From Trichoplax adhaerens (Eukaryota; Animalia; Placozoa): DNA of 64,000 nt. Position 1 is the first letter of the stretch; the number at the start of each line of letters is the position of its first letter. The notes beneath the pieces are model-generated. The model ran no database searches, was not told where the DNA came from, and worked only from the letters and a program-made list of their open reading frames with translations. The DNA lies in assembly GCF_000150275.1 (NCBI RefSeq), contig NW_002060952.1, forward strand, positions 952,482-1,016,481, written 5' to 3'. A program made the translations under genes and the position numbers. This document shows, piece by piece, positions 38,901 to 52,736 of the stretch.

Positions 38901-40319
38901 TACGGTAGATAACTACTACATCTAAAATTTGGCAGATCTCTAGTACACATATAAAGAGGCCTTGATAAATCGATTATCTCAAGTCTACTTACGATACAGC
39001 AGTCAGCACACTGATCTCAGATCTCATGCATTAACAATATAGTACATATGCGGTAAATTAAATATCATTTCATTTTAACCGAATTTGATGTTTGGTCATT
39101 TATTGTCACAAATTAACATTACAAACATATTTACTAAATTCTACAATAATGTTACATATGAATATAGTTTAACATTAAGTAAATTTGTTTATCTATTTTA
39201 TGATCTAAATATCTAAAAAAAATATTATATGTTGTGTGCATTATCCCGATCATCTAAACAAATCTTACCATGCTAGGATTATAACCACGCTTAAGTGAGT
39301 TCATTACAATGTATGTTTTAAAGTTATACATCCAGTACTATAATTCTATTTCTATTTATTAACAAATATGCAAATGTCCCCCTGATTTATCACATCACGG
39401 TAAATCCAAAGCCTCAAATAATTTCCAATAACTTAGTTTGCATTATTATATTAATGGGTATAACACGTGTATTGACCGAGTAATAGTCTCCTGCTATTAC
39501 TGCTAACCACCTACTGTATTACTACAATAAGCTGAGATCATAACAACACATCCCCGATATTTTGGCTAAAGAAGATTAACGTCATCACATCACATGAGCA
39601 TATTGATTCTAAACCATATAAATAAACAGAAAAAGGCAGCTCGAGTCCATTTTACTTACTCATCGAAATCTTGTGCATCAAGCCAGGTAAGACTATCTAA
39701 TACCGCGTAGATTAATTAAAAACTTATCTTGAAAATATCCCTGGATATTCCACTTCCTTGCAATAGTAGTTGCACCATAAATAAATTATCATTGTAAGTT
39801 GATTGATGCAGTCGATGGTATCAATGTTTTATTAATACTGTAGTGGAGGCTAAACTGCTAATTTTATTTTTCGTTTGAAATGAAGTTGTGCACTAGACAG
39901 TAGAGATTGTAGCTAGCCTACTAACTAGCAGCAAAATTATGACATTGAAGTACCCATTCATATCGGATTTTTATTCTATCTTACGTTATAAATCAAGCCT
40001 AAATCTTTCTAAAAATATCGAAAAGAAAATCCCAATCCTAACGCTAATCTTAAGTGGCCTAAAAATCATTTAGTTACGTTTGTAATAACAATCTTTTATA
40101 ATTAAAGGTAAATCTAGTCGAACCATGGATATTATAGTGCAGTTTCTTTTACATCTCTGGTTATAAAGCGACATTTAAACTATGGCTCGCTCTTCTACTG
40201 CTTAGTGTTATAATTTTATAGAAACATAAAGTAAAATTTACCTTACTGTTAATTGAAATGTACTCTGATGATATGCACCGATACCATACAGTAAATATAC
40301 GGATTGAAATCATAATTCG

Positions 40320-40990
40320 ATCGGTAAACGATAATTTCATCAGGACATGAGAGAATAATGAACTTGAGAGTAACACCTTACTCTATATTTGATCAGTTTT
40401 CTATCCTGTACTAGTCTAATTTTGTAGAATCGTTAATCATCAATTTACTATTGACTGTAGTTCATTTTCATAGCTACTTCTATTTTAGAGCAATATTAAC
40501 TGAAATCATGATCCAAGAAACAATAATTCTTATTCATAACATAGGATAGGATAGTTGACTTGAGGGTTTTTCCACACTCAAGATCTAATTTCATTCCTAC
40601 TACATGGCATACAAATTTCATTTCACAGGAGAATAAACTATTCATTTACCTTACTGCAAACAGAAATTCACTTCGATAGTTACCAATATGCTATTATTGT
40701 CTAAAGTCATAATCTAATCTACGACAATAATTTTATTTATGAAGCAGTAACATAGTAGACTTCAATATGTTATCTTGCGCGAGGTCTAATTTGCTTACTA
40801 CTGTACAGTACAGTATACTAATATTATTCCGTAGGATTATAATTTATTATTAAATGATACACACTTTGACATTTGCTCTTATCATACTTATATTATCAAA
40901 AGCCATGATCCAGTAGGCGGCGACAATTTTATTAAGGACAAAGTAGAATACTCGATTTCAAAACAACAGCTAACTCGAGATCTGATTTGC
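40320..40990. repeat. ~200-bp tandem repeat (~4 units) upstream of the villin 2 ATG
   Basis: Homologous to 23300-24410; units at ~40325, 40507, 40707 and 40903. Confidence 0.75.
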
Positions 40991-41156
40991 TATTAGTACT
41001 ACATTAATGATTGCAGTAACAAAGATTCGATTAAATAGTTAAAACTTTTCTTAAATGCGTGATTGAATATATGTATAGATTTTACCCCGTTGATTGATAT
41101 TCGGCTATTATGCTTCAATCTCCACTTTAGTCTTGTATTGACCCAACCAGACAGTC

Positions 41157-44100
41157 ATGAGTGATTCAGCATTTGAAGGAGCAGGGAAAACGCCAGGATT
41201 AGAAATATGGCGTATCGAGGTTAGTCTAAGCTCAAATACTTTAAAGAATTACTTCTATTTCAAAATTATACTAGATATACTGTTGTTCCTTTTTAAAATA
41301 TCTTGTTATCGATGCGATTGATTTTTTAATTTATGGCTGTAACGAAATTTGACTATGTGTAAATTAAGGTAGAATGTTGCTATGCTAATTGTGGCTGTAA
41401 CTGCTACGAAATGAATATAAGCTGTCAACTTTAGGCTATTCAGTTTGTTCTTTCAAGAAGTCCTTCAATAGTTGTATTCGGCTAGAGTAGAGCTGTGTGT
41501 AGTTAGTCTTTGTATTAGATCTAACAAAGTTCTAATTTTCTAAAACTTTGGAATTTTCGTGGTTGAATTTTATCACAATGGCCGAATAGTTCTAAATTAA
41601 TTACGTTAAACAAGCTTAAACTTCAGTCTACTAACACGATATTATTAATATTTCTTAAATAATCGTTATAGAAATTGAAGGTAGTCAAGCAAGACCCTAA
41701 AACTTATGGAAAGTTTTATAATGGTGACTCTTATATATGCTTAAGTGTAAGTAGTCTATACATTGAGAGCAAAATTCGATTTAATATCGTCTCATTTCGT
41801 TATAGAAGATCTGAAAAGGAAATGAGTCTCTCTTTCATTAATTACCCTTATTTGCTAATTCAATAATGCATGATTCGATAAAAATACTATACCTCTAGCT
41901 ATCAAACAGTATACGGTCGCATATAATGTTCATATGCTAGCTCTTTATGAATAATTATTCTAATATTTTACAACAAGAATCGTAATGCACTACATTTTTT
42001 CGACTAAAACTGATTCTTAGATGATAATTGCGGCTAATGAGATGGATCATGACAAAAATATTGTCCTATTGCATTATTAAAGTTTAAGTTAATCTACGGA
42101 CTAAAACTGGAATCAATATTGTTGCAAAATGGACAAAGGCAGAGATTGTTCACTTCTACTTCAGTAACCAAACTAGTGTTGTGACATACTGGATAGCGAG
42201 TGAAATAAATTAACAAGATTGTATCTCATATATATCTACGTTAAACTTGTCTTATAGAGACTATAAGTGTACAATTTACTCATATAGCTATTTTGAATAT
42301 CACTTGCGTACGGGCTAGCCTTATTAAAGGTGTATACGAACTTCATAACTGTGTAGATAGAGAGGAATTAGATAAAATTGCAGTGAAATACTTTTTCAAT
42401 AGAGGCTTATTACCTAGTTTGGAGCGGTTCTATCAGCGTTTAGCTGACTAAGATAGTACAAGTAGGTCATTGTAACTAGAAACGCTTAGTAGCAGCCAAC
42501 TTAGATTAGCTATACTTCCAATAGAGAAAGTTATTTGTGATGTGGCACATACCATGAGCACTAGTGCAAACTCCCGTCGCTTTGCTGACGGTTTACGATA
42601 ATGTGCTCATTTAACAGATAGTATTACCATTTGTCGTACTCAGTAGACCTGTCAGAGGTTCAGTAACTTTATACCGTGTACTGTGTCTATCTTCGATCAG
42701 GACACTATTCTGTGCACTTAGCTGTATATAGTGCGGATACTGGTGGACCGATACGAAGACTACAGAAGATATTTTGTGCGCCATTCTTGCATATCAACTT
42801 TTTGCGCTATTATAAAATTTCTTAAATCTGGTAGTACTTGTGATTTATTAGAGATTATTATTACTGCACCAGGATATATTTATGAGTAAAATTTATAGAC
42901 TAATATATTTTTAATCGAGTAAGAAAACAACAGGACAGAGAAACCTTTCATACTTACACGTTAATATCTTTACTGAAATTGCAGAGTAACAAAGAAGTAG
43001 TAAGTGTTACCTAAACACATATTTTCTAGTATTAATACAAATTCTAGCTATATTTCATTATCTATCATTTCATAGATCGCGCTAAATGTCACGATCTTTA
43101 CCGCTATCCTATGATTGAATAAAATGATGCTATTATTTGCTACTGTGTGTCAGAAAAGATATACTTCTTTGAAAAAATTATAATTCATGAGTCTACAACC
43201 TGACTACTAAATATTATCGAATTCATTTCGATTACGATTGATACGTTAGTAGGTAAGCAATCAGATGTATGTATTACTTAATTTCTGCCTTTTAAAATCT
43301 AATATACATATTTAGACCAAGAAACAGAATAATAAATTATCTTGGGATATTCATTTCTGGCTTGGTGAGACAACATCACAGGTAAACAAAAATAGACGCA
43401 CTATTTCTTGACGATCTAATTTATGCGATTAATTAATTATTTATTCAGGTTGTGCTGCCTGGTAGATTACTAGTACATTTATGATGTACTGCATTTTGTT
43501 CAAGTTTAATCTTTCTAATCTAAATTAAACATAAGTACATATATACTAATTATATCACTAACATCGGAATCAGGATGAAGCTGGAGTTGCTGCTTACAAA
43601 ACAGTTGAATTGGATGAGCTTCTTGGAGGTAGTCCTGTGCAATACCGAGAGGTAGCGTACCGTACTTTGTATCACATATACTTTCAGGATTAATTAATAA
43701 ATCAAGTTGTAGATAAAGATTGGTAATACCGATAGTTTTAATTGATAAGCTTTTGCTTAAAATCTAAGTATTGTCCTAAATTATCATGAAAATACCTAAT
43801 TTATTGTTCAATTTGGCTTGTACATAAAATTCTTTTGTGTCATAGCTTAATCAATTTAACTCATAATTTATGGAAATTTCTACTGTAATGCATTAGCTCC
43901 TAGAAAATTTTAAACTTTAGCTTTTTATAAGTTTTTATTTAGAGTTAAGGTTATAGCTATCGCTCAATCATTATCGGAGAGTTAGTAAGCCTAGATAGTC
44001 ATAATTCTGATATAAATTTAGTTGCTTATCAGTAACAAGCAATATATTATGCATATTAAGAATGAAATTAAAATAAAAATTACTAGATCTATAATTTATT

Positions 44101-47100
44101 TAATTATTTTAACTACGATTTCGGCAGTTCTAGAATTGTCTTTTCCATTGACCTCTTGCTATAGGTCCAGAATCATGAATCTAGAAAATTCTTGTCTTAT
44201 TTTAAACAAGGAGTTCGGTAAAACATTAATTACATATCCTTATTTTTATTATTAATCAAATTTATCATACTTAAATTTATATCTTCACATTCTAACCAGC
44301 TACATCGAAGGCGGTATTGAGTCTGGTTTCAATAAAGTGGAACGCGGTGCATATGAAAAAAAATTATTTCATGTTAAAGGCAAACGCCTAGTCCGAATTT
44401 ATTCAGTTAGTATAGAACTAATACAAGTTGAGATAAACATTAATAATAAATATCGTATACTAAATATACTAAATTGATGCATTATTTTAATCATCTTTCT
44501 AAGGTGGAAGTTAATGTAACTTCATTAAATGATGGCGATTGTTTCATATTGGATGACGGCAAGAAAATTTATTGTTGGTGCGGTAAAGATAGTCGCAAGG
44601 CGGAGCGGATAAAAGTAGTCCTTAAATCATAAATAAATGAATAATTTACTTTTTTTAATCCTAAATAATATTAACTAACTCACTCATTTATAGCGATCAA
44701 ATACCTCTAAATTAGCATCAAAATTACAATTACTAGGCAATGGAGGTAGCTAGGAGCATTCGTGATGATGAACGCGGGGGTAAAGCTAAAATTTACATTA
44801 TAGGTAGGTAAGATAGCATCGAGGAAGATAAATTTTGTTTTCGACACCGATTTTATTCGGCTATCGATTTTAGTGTATCTACGATTATAATAAATAAATA
44901 CGGCATGCAAATAATCTATAATAATCATTGTAGATGGCCTTTTTTTAAGCAATAAACAGCACATTCTATTCATGAATATACCTCAATTATAGACTAGAAG
45001 ATTTTAAGTATTCCTTGACAAAAACAGAAAATTAAATCAAGCTAGTCCTATACATTACTAGATTTTGTTCTTTTTCAGCTCTATGAGCTACTAATGAGTA
45101 CTATTTTACCCAGCAGAATGTTAAATTGATTTTGATTACGACTTAATGTCTCAAGTTTTATAATTGTAACACTTTTACGATGAATTTCCTTTCGGGCTAT
45201 GATTTATGATTTCATCAAATTAACTAATATCGTAAAGGACGATATCATAGACATTTAACTATGCGTATGTTACATTTCATAACAATTTATCACGTCGCAA
45301 CAATACAAAACTATACAAAAATTATAAATTCAATTTGATAAAAAGATGACGGAGTAGATCATGACAGCAAATTTTTTGAAGCCTTGGGTGGATTTAACCG
45401 TAATCAAGTATTATCTGCTGAGTCCGTTGACGATGATATTTCTTCAAACAGAGATGTCTGTTTATACAGGTATGTAATAATTCATCTTGATTTGAGGTGG
45501 TAAAGTGAAATCTTTCTATATAATGTAAGATCAGGTTTTAGTAGCTATCGAAATATACTTTAATTTCGACGTTAAAACTTTAGAATTTCGGATGCCAGTG
45601 GGGACTTAGAAATGACGCAGGTCGATGAAAGACCATTAAAATATGAACATTTAGACCATAATGTAAGAATGTTGTTTAGTAAAACACTACAAACTATGTT
45701 GAAATCAGTTTTCATATCTACAAATATTATACACTACCATACATCAAATACTTGGTATAAATTAACGGTAGATGAAAGATTAAATTGTATATCGTCATTT
45801 ACAAAATTTGTTACCATGCTTAATTCAATTAATAATAATGAATAGCACTTAGTAAGGTATAGACATCAGATTTAGATTTTCTGTTTTGAATACTAAGAAT
45901 AATGCATTATGGCCAATTTTGACAGGATTCTTTTATCTTGGATATCGGAGGCAACGAAATTTTTTTTTGGGTCGGTTCAAAATGCACTGCAGCGGAGAAA
46001 GCAAAAGCAATGAATCAAGCTACAGTATGATATTCAAATTAATTTAGCGTTTATTAGAACAACTAATAACATTATTCTATTACAGTTTCGATATTTTAAA
46101 AGAATATAGCATGTATCTCTTGAGTTGTAAAAAGTCCCTAAATTTATAAAATCGATAACGTACTTCTAATATTAGTATTTGATTATTTAGACATTTATTG
46201 AAAAATTCAGTTATCCTAAGTGGACTCGTGTTACTCGAGTAATAGATGGTGGAGAGAACTCTATTTTTAAGCAATTCTTCGTATCATGGCCGAATCGAAA
46301 TATTCTCGTTGCAGCTCCAAAATATAGTTCTAGTAATATCGGTAAAGTAGAAATACACATTGAAATTTGGAATTTGATGTTGACGAAAGGACTTTAATTT
46401 AATGTAAACTGATAACGTGACTTCTTGGATACAAGTAAACTACTCATTTAATCGACATCCTTACTTATAGCTCAAGTATCACAAAATGAAATCGATGTGA
46501 AAGCACTGCACCAACAACTAAGTCTAAAGAGAGAAGTCTTGCCTGATAATGGGGATGGCTCTGTTACAGTAAAAAATCAATAAGAGAATAATCTTACTGT
46601 GATATCTTTAAATACTATGTATATTCGAAATAAGGTGATTGGTAAGTTTACAAGAGTTATATGTGACACCTGTATATCTGATCTGATAGATATGGCGGGT
46701 TGAAAATTTTCAACTAATTTCCGTTGATAAAGAAGTTTATGGTAAATTCTATAGTGGTGATAGTTATGTCCTGCTATATAAATATCTCAAACATGGAGCT
46801 GAGCTGCACATAATTTATTTTTGGCTGGTAGGTACCGTTATAATGTCTTAACATTAGTTTACTTGTAGACTAAGATAATTCAGAAGATACAAGTAGCTCA
46901 AGAATAATGAAGATTAATGCAGATAACTCGTAGCATAAAGCTATCGCCACTAATTCATATTTACGTAGTAGTATTATAAATATAAAACTAAAACTAAGGT
47001 ATAAATTAAGATATCCTAACGTTTGTCGTCATATATCTTATGAAAGGTTCTATAGATTTCAAACTTGAATTATAGAACTGCCTATATCTACATACAAATA

Positions 47101-50100
47101 TTTCAGTTACCGCTTTAGTATTGAGAAATAATAGACTACAGGAATGTCTAACGATAACATTTGTATTTAGGGATTAAAAAGTAGCCAGGATGAACAAGCA
47201 TCTGCGGCTGCTTTAGCTAATACAATGGACGATGAGTTAGGTGGAATTGCTACCCAAGTAAGTCCATATTATCGTATATAAATGATGAATAAGAACATTA
47301 AATAATATTATATAACATTTAATTTTAATACAATCATTGTCAAAAATATTCAGATACGTGTTGTTCAAAATAAAGAACCCGAGCATTTTTTACTGATATT
47401 TAAAGGAAAACTGGTCATTTTTGAGGTAAATATTGAATAATAACATTTACTATATTATAAAGTATTATCGATCATATCATTCGCATCTGATCAATTTTAG
47501 GGAGGCTGTGCTAGCGGATTTAAGAACGTTAACGATAAAGATTCTTATGATGCTGATAGTATCATGCTTTTCCAAATTCATGGAACTACAGCTTTTAATA
47601 CTAAAGCCATTCAGGTATATCAAATTTAGGAATATTCAGTGTATTGTGTAGAGCGCAGATTACTGCTAATTAAACTCTTAAATTACGGTACTGTCATGTT
47701 GTCAAGTGTAGTTACTCTACTCTAAACTTATAAACTAGTAGAGCTCGTGTTTTTTCATATTTGAATAATGTGTCGTGATATTAGGTGACTGGAAGGGCAT
47801 CGTCGTTAAACTCGAACGATGTGTTTGTGCTTAAAACACCCGAACAAACAGCAATTTGGGTAGGCAAGGTGAGTATAATAATTTAAAAACTTTGCCTAAT
47901 ATATATCGAACAAATATCTGCTCTGAAACATACAAAATTGCTTTATTACAATATAATGCAACTTAAATTTAAAGTGGTTAGTAATTTCGTTATGTTTGCA
48001 AAATGGATAGAGATATATATATCGAGAGTATGAATGCAGTATCTGAGTAGATATGTGCTCAAGAAAATTCAGGCTCCAGATACAAAATATACTTGTAAAT
48101 CATTATTAACTGCTTAATGTGATATGCATAATGCTAACAGAATGTGATAGGATGGCCTTAGGATAAAATTCAATGGATGATCATCCTATAGCATAATTAA
48201 TGTTAGCTATAACTGCAGTAATCATAGTCTATTGTCTATATAGGGCGCAAATGACAATGAAAAGGGTATGGGTGAAACCATCGCTAAATTTATTTCACCG
48301 AGAGTGTAAGTAATTTGTGACAATAAGAAATATTGATCAAGTTTAAGATAGTAATCACCTCTACTCATTCATATAACAATTTGAAAATCTCTTCATAGTA
48401 CAAATATTAAAAATAATTCCAATGCTATTGTTGTAACAGAGATATTGAAGTTATCAATGAAGATGATGAACTAGAATGGTTCTGGTCTGCATTAGGTGGT
48501 AAAACTGAGTATGCTTCTAAAGTAAGATTGCAGGTATTTCATCATTAGAACGCAAGAAATACTTTGCTAACATTTTTTAGTATAATAAATAATATAGTAT
48601 AATAATACCGGAATAGGGTATCTACTATTGCTAACAGTCATTACTGTGTGTGGTAATATTAATAAAGGAAGTTGCACTATCGCAACCGCCACGATTATTT
48701 CAATGCTCAAATGCTTCGGGAAGATTTGAAGTCGAAGAAATTCCAGATTTTGTTCAAGAGGTCTGTCTTGTAACTAACATAAAATACTATACTAAAGTAG
48801 TTACAACTATAATTTCGAATATGATCATTTAAATAGATATCTTTATTTATTATAGGATTTAAGTGAAGACGATGTAATGCTATTGGATACGTATGATGAG
48901 ATTTTCTTGTGGATTGGTGAAAGAGCTCGCCCAGAGGAAAAAAAGGCAGCATTGCAAGTAGCAGTGGTAATTGCCTCATATTCGTCTATACTGTAGATAC
49001 ATATGAATAGGACTAGTTTTCTTACAATTTCTTTACTTTACGGAATATAAATTAGAGCTATATAGCAGCCTAATGATGGTTATGGTGTCTAATAGAAATA
49101 TTTACAACAATTAATTTTTGCGCTTAAAATATCTAAATAAGCAACTTCTCTTCATTCGTCAAGTTCCTATTTATTGTATGAAATGTGCTTCTATTTCGTC
49201 GTCATTGACTAGAAATATATAAAGTCGGATACTTCTGGACGCGATATGAATAATACCGTAATGGCTCAAGTTAAACAAGGTCGTGAGCCAATAGCTTTTA
49301 CCTGTAATTTTGTGGCTTGGGATCCCAATAAATGGAGTGTAAGTCACACTGTCATGAAGCAGTAAATGTATATTAAGATGTACAAATTAATCGATCCTCC
49401 TTCATCTGTGTAAAGTTAATTGTTATCAGACTTGATGATTTAAGTTTGTGTTATAATTAGAACGGTAAATCTTATGCTGATTTAAAAGCCGAACTTGGGA
49501 AAGAGAATGCTGGTGTAACCTTAATTTCCGATGTAAGTTATCTAGCGATTTATACTTCTATTTAAATAGTAAGCAAAGGCAAATAACAAATTCTGATAAT
49601 GTATTCAATTTCTATCATATATTAAATAAGGGAGACACTGTATAGTTTCTTTTAAAGTTATAATTCTATCGAGAGAATTACTCCTAATAGTAATATTTTA
49701 CACTGTAACGTACTATACTATTTCTTCTTTGGACATTTAATCAACTATGTGTACTCGAATTACTTATACTCATTATCTTGCTTGCTTTTGCTATAAGATT
49801 CAGTGTGTGATGATTAAATTTTTTTTATAAACTAATATTTCAAACTTACTATATCTAGGAGTTAGCCAAGTATACCAAAACGTATGACTACGAAGCTTTA
49901 ATATCTTCTAAGTTACCGGAAGGAGTTGATGCTCGCCATAAAGAGGTCAGTTACTGCAAATATCATCTATTCTTTCCTAGGATAGATGTTTAAATTAAGG
50001 TTTAGTATAATTCTAAACAAGGACGCCTATGATCTATTTGTAATTTATGTAATTATGTATTATTAAGCTATTATTATCATCGAAAGATATTTGAAAGCGT

Positions 50101-50492
50101 TATGTTCAGAGTAGTAAAATACAAAACATCTGTGTCGATGGAGCTGAAGTTCAGCCAGTAAATTTTACTATTTTAGAAATAGTAAGCTAAGTAATAAAGC
50201 CTATTATATCAGCAATTGCGTACTGTATCAGCTGACTGCGCTAATTTTTCTGCTATCTTGGAATATTTCTTTTATGATATTTCGTTTAACGTAGGCTATT
50301 ACATACTTGAGGTCGAGATAATATGTTTTGATTTGATTGTTTAGGCTTCGTTAATATCTTAAGTTTTTACTTATTTAGAGCTATCTAACAGATGAGGACT
50401 TCGAGAAAGTCTTTAACATAACAAGAGAAGAGTTCAAAGCAAAGCCGCAATGGCGTCAACAACAGCTAAAGAAGGAGAAGAAACTATTTTAA
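41157..50492 (+). CDS. Villin/advillin-like protein, copy 2; ~26 coding exons, reading frame intact
   Basis: Exon-for-exon paralog of copy 1 ([21 protein letters not shown] ... [15 protein letters not shown]). Manual splicing found no stops or frameshifts. Confidence 0.94.
41338..41577. mobile_element. Probable solo LTR (240 bp) inserted in villin 2 intron 1
   Basis: Starts TGTAAC and ends ATCACA (TG...CA, imperfect inverted ends). It is flanked by ATGGC direct repeats (41333-41337, 41578-41582). The paralogous intron in copy 1 has the empty site (single ATAGC near 24768). Confidence 0.8.
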
Positions 50493-52736
50493 ACTACAAC
50501 AGGCACCATTAAAAGTGTTTTCTTAGAATGGGTTTAAAAATGGAAGGATTTACTTAAAATTTTTGATTGAAATAGCATAACGTAAACTTATTCAGCAATG
50601 TCCTAGCTTTTAACTGTTTTCACTATAAGCCTAACATTCGATAATTTTCATTTTTAAAGAAGATGAAGAAACAATTTACTTGATAAATGTTTACGTTAAA
50701 GACACCTTCCAACTTTGCATTTAGTAATAGCCTTTTTAGAATGATAGTATCAAGAATATCTGCTAGACTAAATGTCTAAGTTAATGAAATCTTCCAACTT
50801 TCCCTATTAGTAATAGCCTTTTTAGAAATAGTAGTATTAAGAATAATGATATCTGTAGGTTTCTTTTCTACTCAACCAAGATTTAAAAGTGGATTGGTTT
50901 CTACGAAATCATTCATAAATGAAACAGTTTTTCTGAGCTCTAATTAAGCATTAAGTTTGGCTATATTCGTTCCTGATTTAATATTGGATGTAATGGTTAC
51001 TTTTAGGCCTGGTGTAGTTAACTATTTTAAAAAATCAATCAGTACTATTTGCCAATTTGCGAATAATTTGGCTTATTTCCGTTAGATAACTTAGCTTACA
51101 TTAGCTTTCTAAAGCAGCTTGCAAGTGGATGGATTTTACTTGATTTATGTAACAAGAATATGATAAATACAGTGTGAGAATAGGGATAAAATAAAATAAA
51201 GACATCAAATATAAAAAATTGATATTATCGAATGACTGAGCAACAAATATAGTATTTAGAAACTATTTTAGGTATTTGAAGTCGCACTTTTAACTATGAA
51301 ATATTTGTTACGATTATAGATCCTTTAGTTTTTAACTTTCAATGGTTAGGGATAATGCATCTAATCGAATTTGAATTTCTACACTAGCTGAACAATCTTA
51401 ACGTCCAAGAAATAGCCATGAAATTGCCTAAACTGCAATTTACAGTATCATAGAGTAAAGCAATCCGTCATTCCTGAACTGATATTTATCTAGTTTTCAT
51501 TCTATTTCTTTTATATGCGGTAGTTAATGGATTGAAACTACACTCCTTGGTATAATGTTTCTTAGACATAGAAGATTGCAAAATTAGCTACCTTAAGAAA
51601 ACGATGACACTCCGTTGAAACTATTTTAAACTTTGTATCAGCCAATTTATTTTACATATTGAGACTTGCCTGATATTTTATTCTATGCTATTCAATCGGG
51701 CTATACAAAATTGAAACTAGCTACCGATAAATATTACTTGAATTGTCATAGATTGCTACGTCAGCTGGGCAATCTTTGCCTCGATTAGGCAATGTTAAAA
51801 CTAAATTATTTACTAACTGTATCAAGGAAGAAAGTGATACTTAACGTTCTAAAATTCTTTTCATGAATGAATCTATCACATTTGCTTATTTTCTGCCCGA
51901 ATAGAGCTTTTCAGCCTATGAAAGATATGGGTAGATTAACCAAATCTAGTGCAGAACTGTTAGGCTTACAATTAAACCGAAATTTTATATCTGATGACCA
52001 TGTAGAAATAACTAAGTACAATATTTCTCCATCTATTAAAGGACAGCAAAAGTGAATCTTCAAGCTTTAATACATAGAATTACTACCAGTGTCGTATAAT
52101 TTAGTCAAGGGAAATTAAGTTAGCCATTCAATTACTGACATAAATCAATCATAACAACATTTAGCATAATAAAACCGCAATGTATCTAAGAAATTCGTAT
52201 ATTAATGATATTTTACTACCTAAATGGCTACCTATCTCCGCATTTTGTAGAAAATTAACCACAGTCAACTAAAAGATTAATCCTATTTTTTATCAATTGA
52301 TGGAAGGAAATTCTTTACAAAATTTTTAAGCATATTTAAGTAAATATTTAGAAATGAAAATTCTAAATTTTATCTTTCTAATTTCACCTCTAGCATAACA
52401 TGCCTCCGTAACAGCGCTCTCTAGCATACAAGGCAGCATTTTACTGGTATATAGTCATTAGTTTACGGGGTAAAAATTGAACTCTTTACGCATATATATT
52501 CAACAGATCCACATTATAACATGTAACGTGTGTAAAATCTTTCTCTATTAATTATTTAAACGAAGTTAAAGGGAACAATTATTCGTTTATATTATTTTCT
52601 GCGACATGGTATAAACCTATTTCATGGTCAATCCAGTTAGCAGAAATAGCCCATTTGATGGATACTAAGGCCAGAAATATTAACGAAGTAAAAATAATAC
52701 TGATTTAGAATAAAGCAAGGCAGAAATGATGATCTC

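Larger units (their letters stand above)
17080..50820. repeat. Tandem segmental duplication (~17080-33800 versus ~34278-50820) carrying GST + villin
   Basis: Collinear similarity in exons, introns and flanks, starting at the GST 3' flank (AGTCTA.TTGTAAACCAATTTC) and ending in the villin 3' flank. Confidence 0.92.

Noticed and set aside
34278-50820. Duplication as an uncollapsed allelic haplotype
   Set aside because: Extensive intron divergence, copy-specific insertions and pseudogenisation of only the GST indicate a real paralogous duplication.
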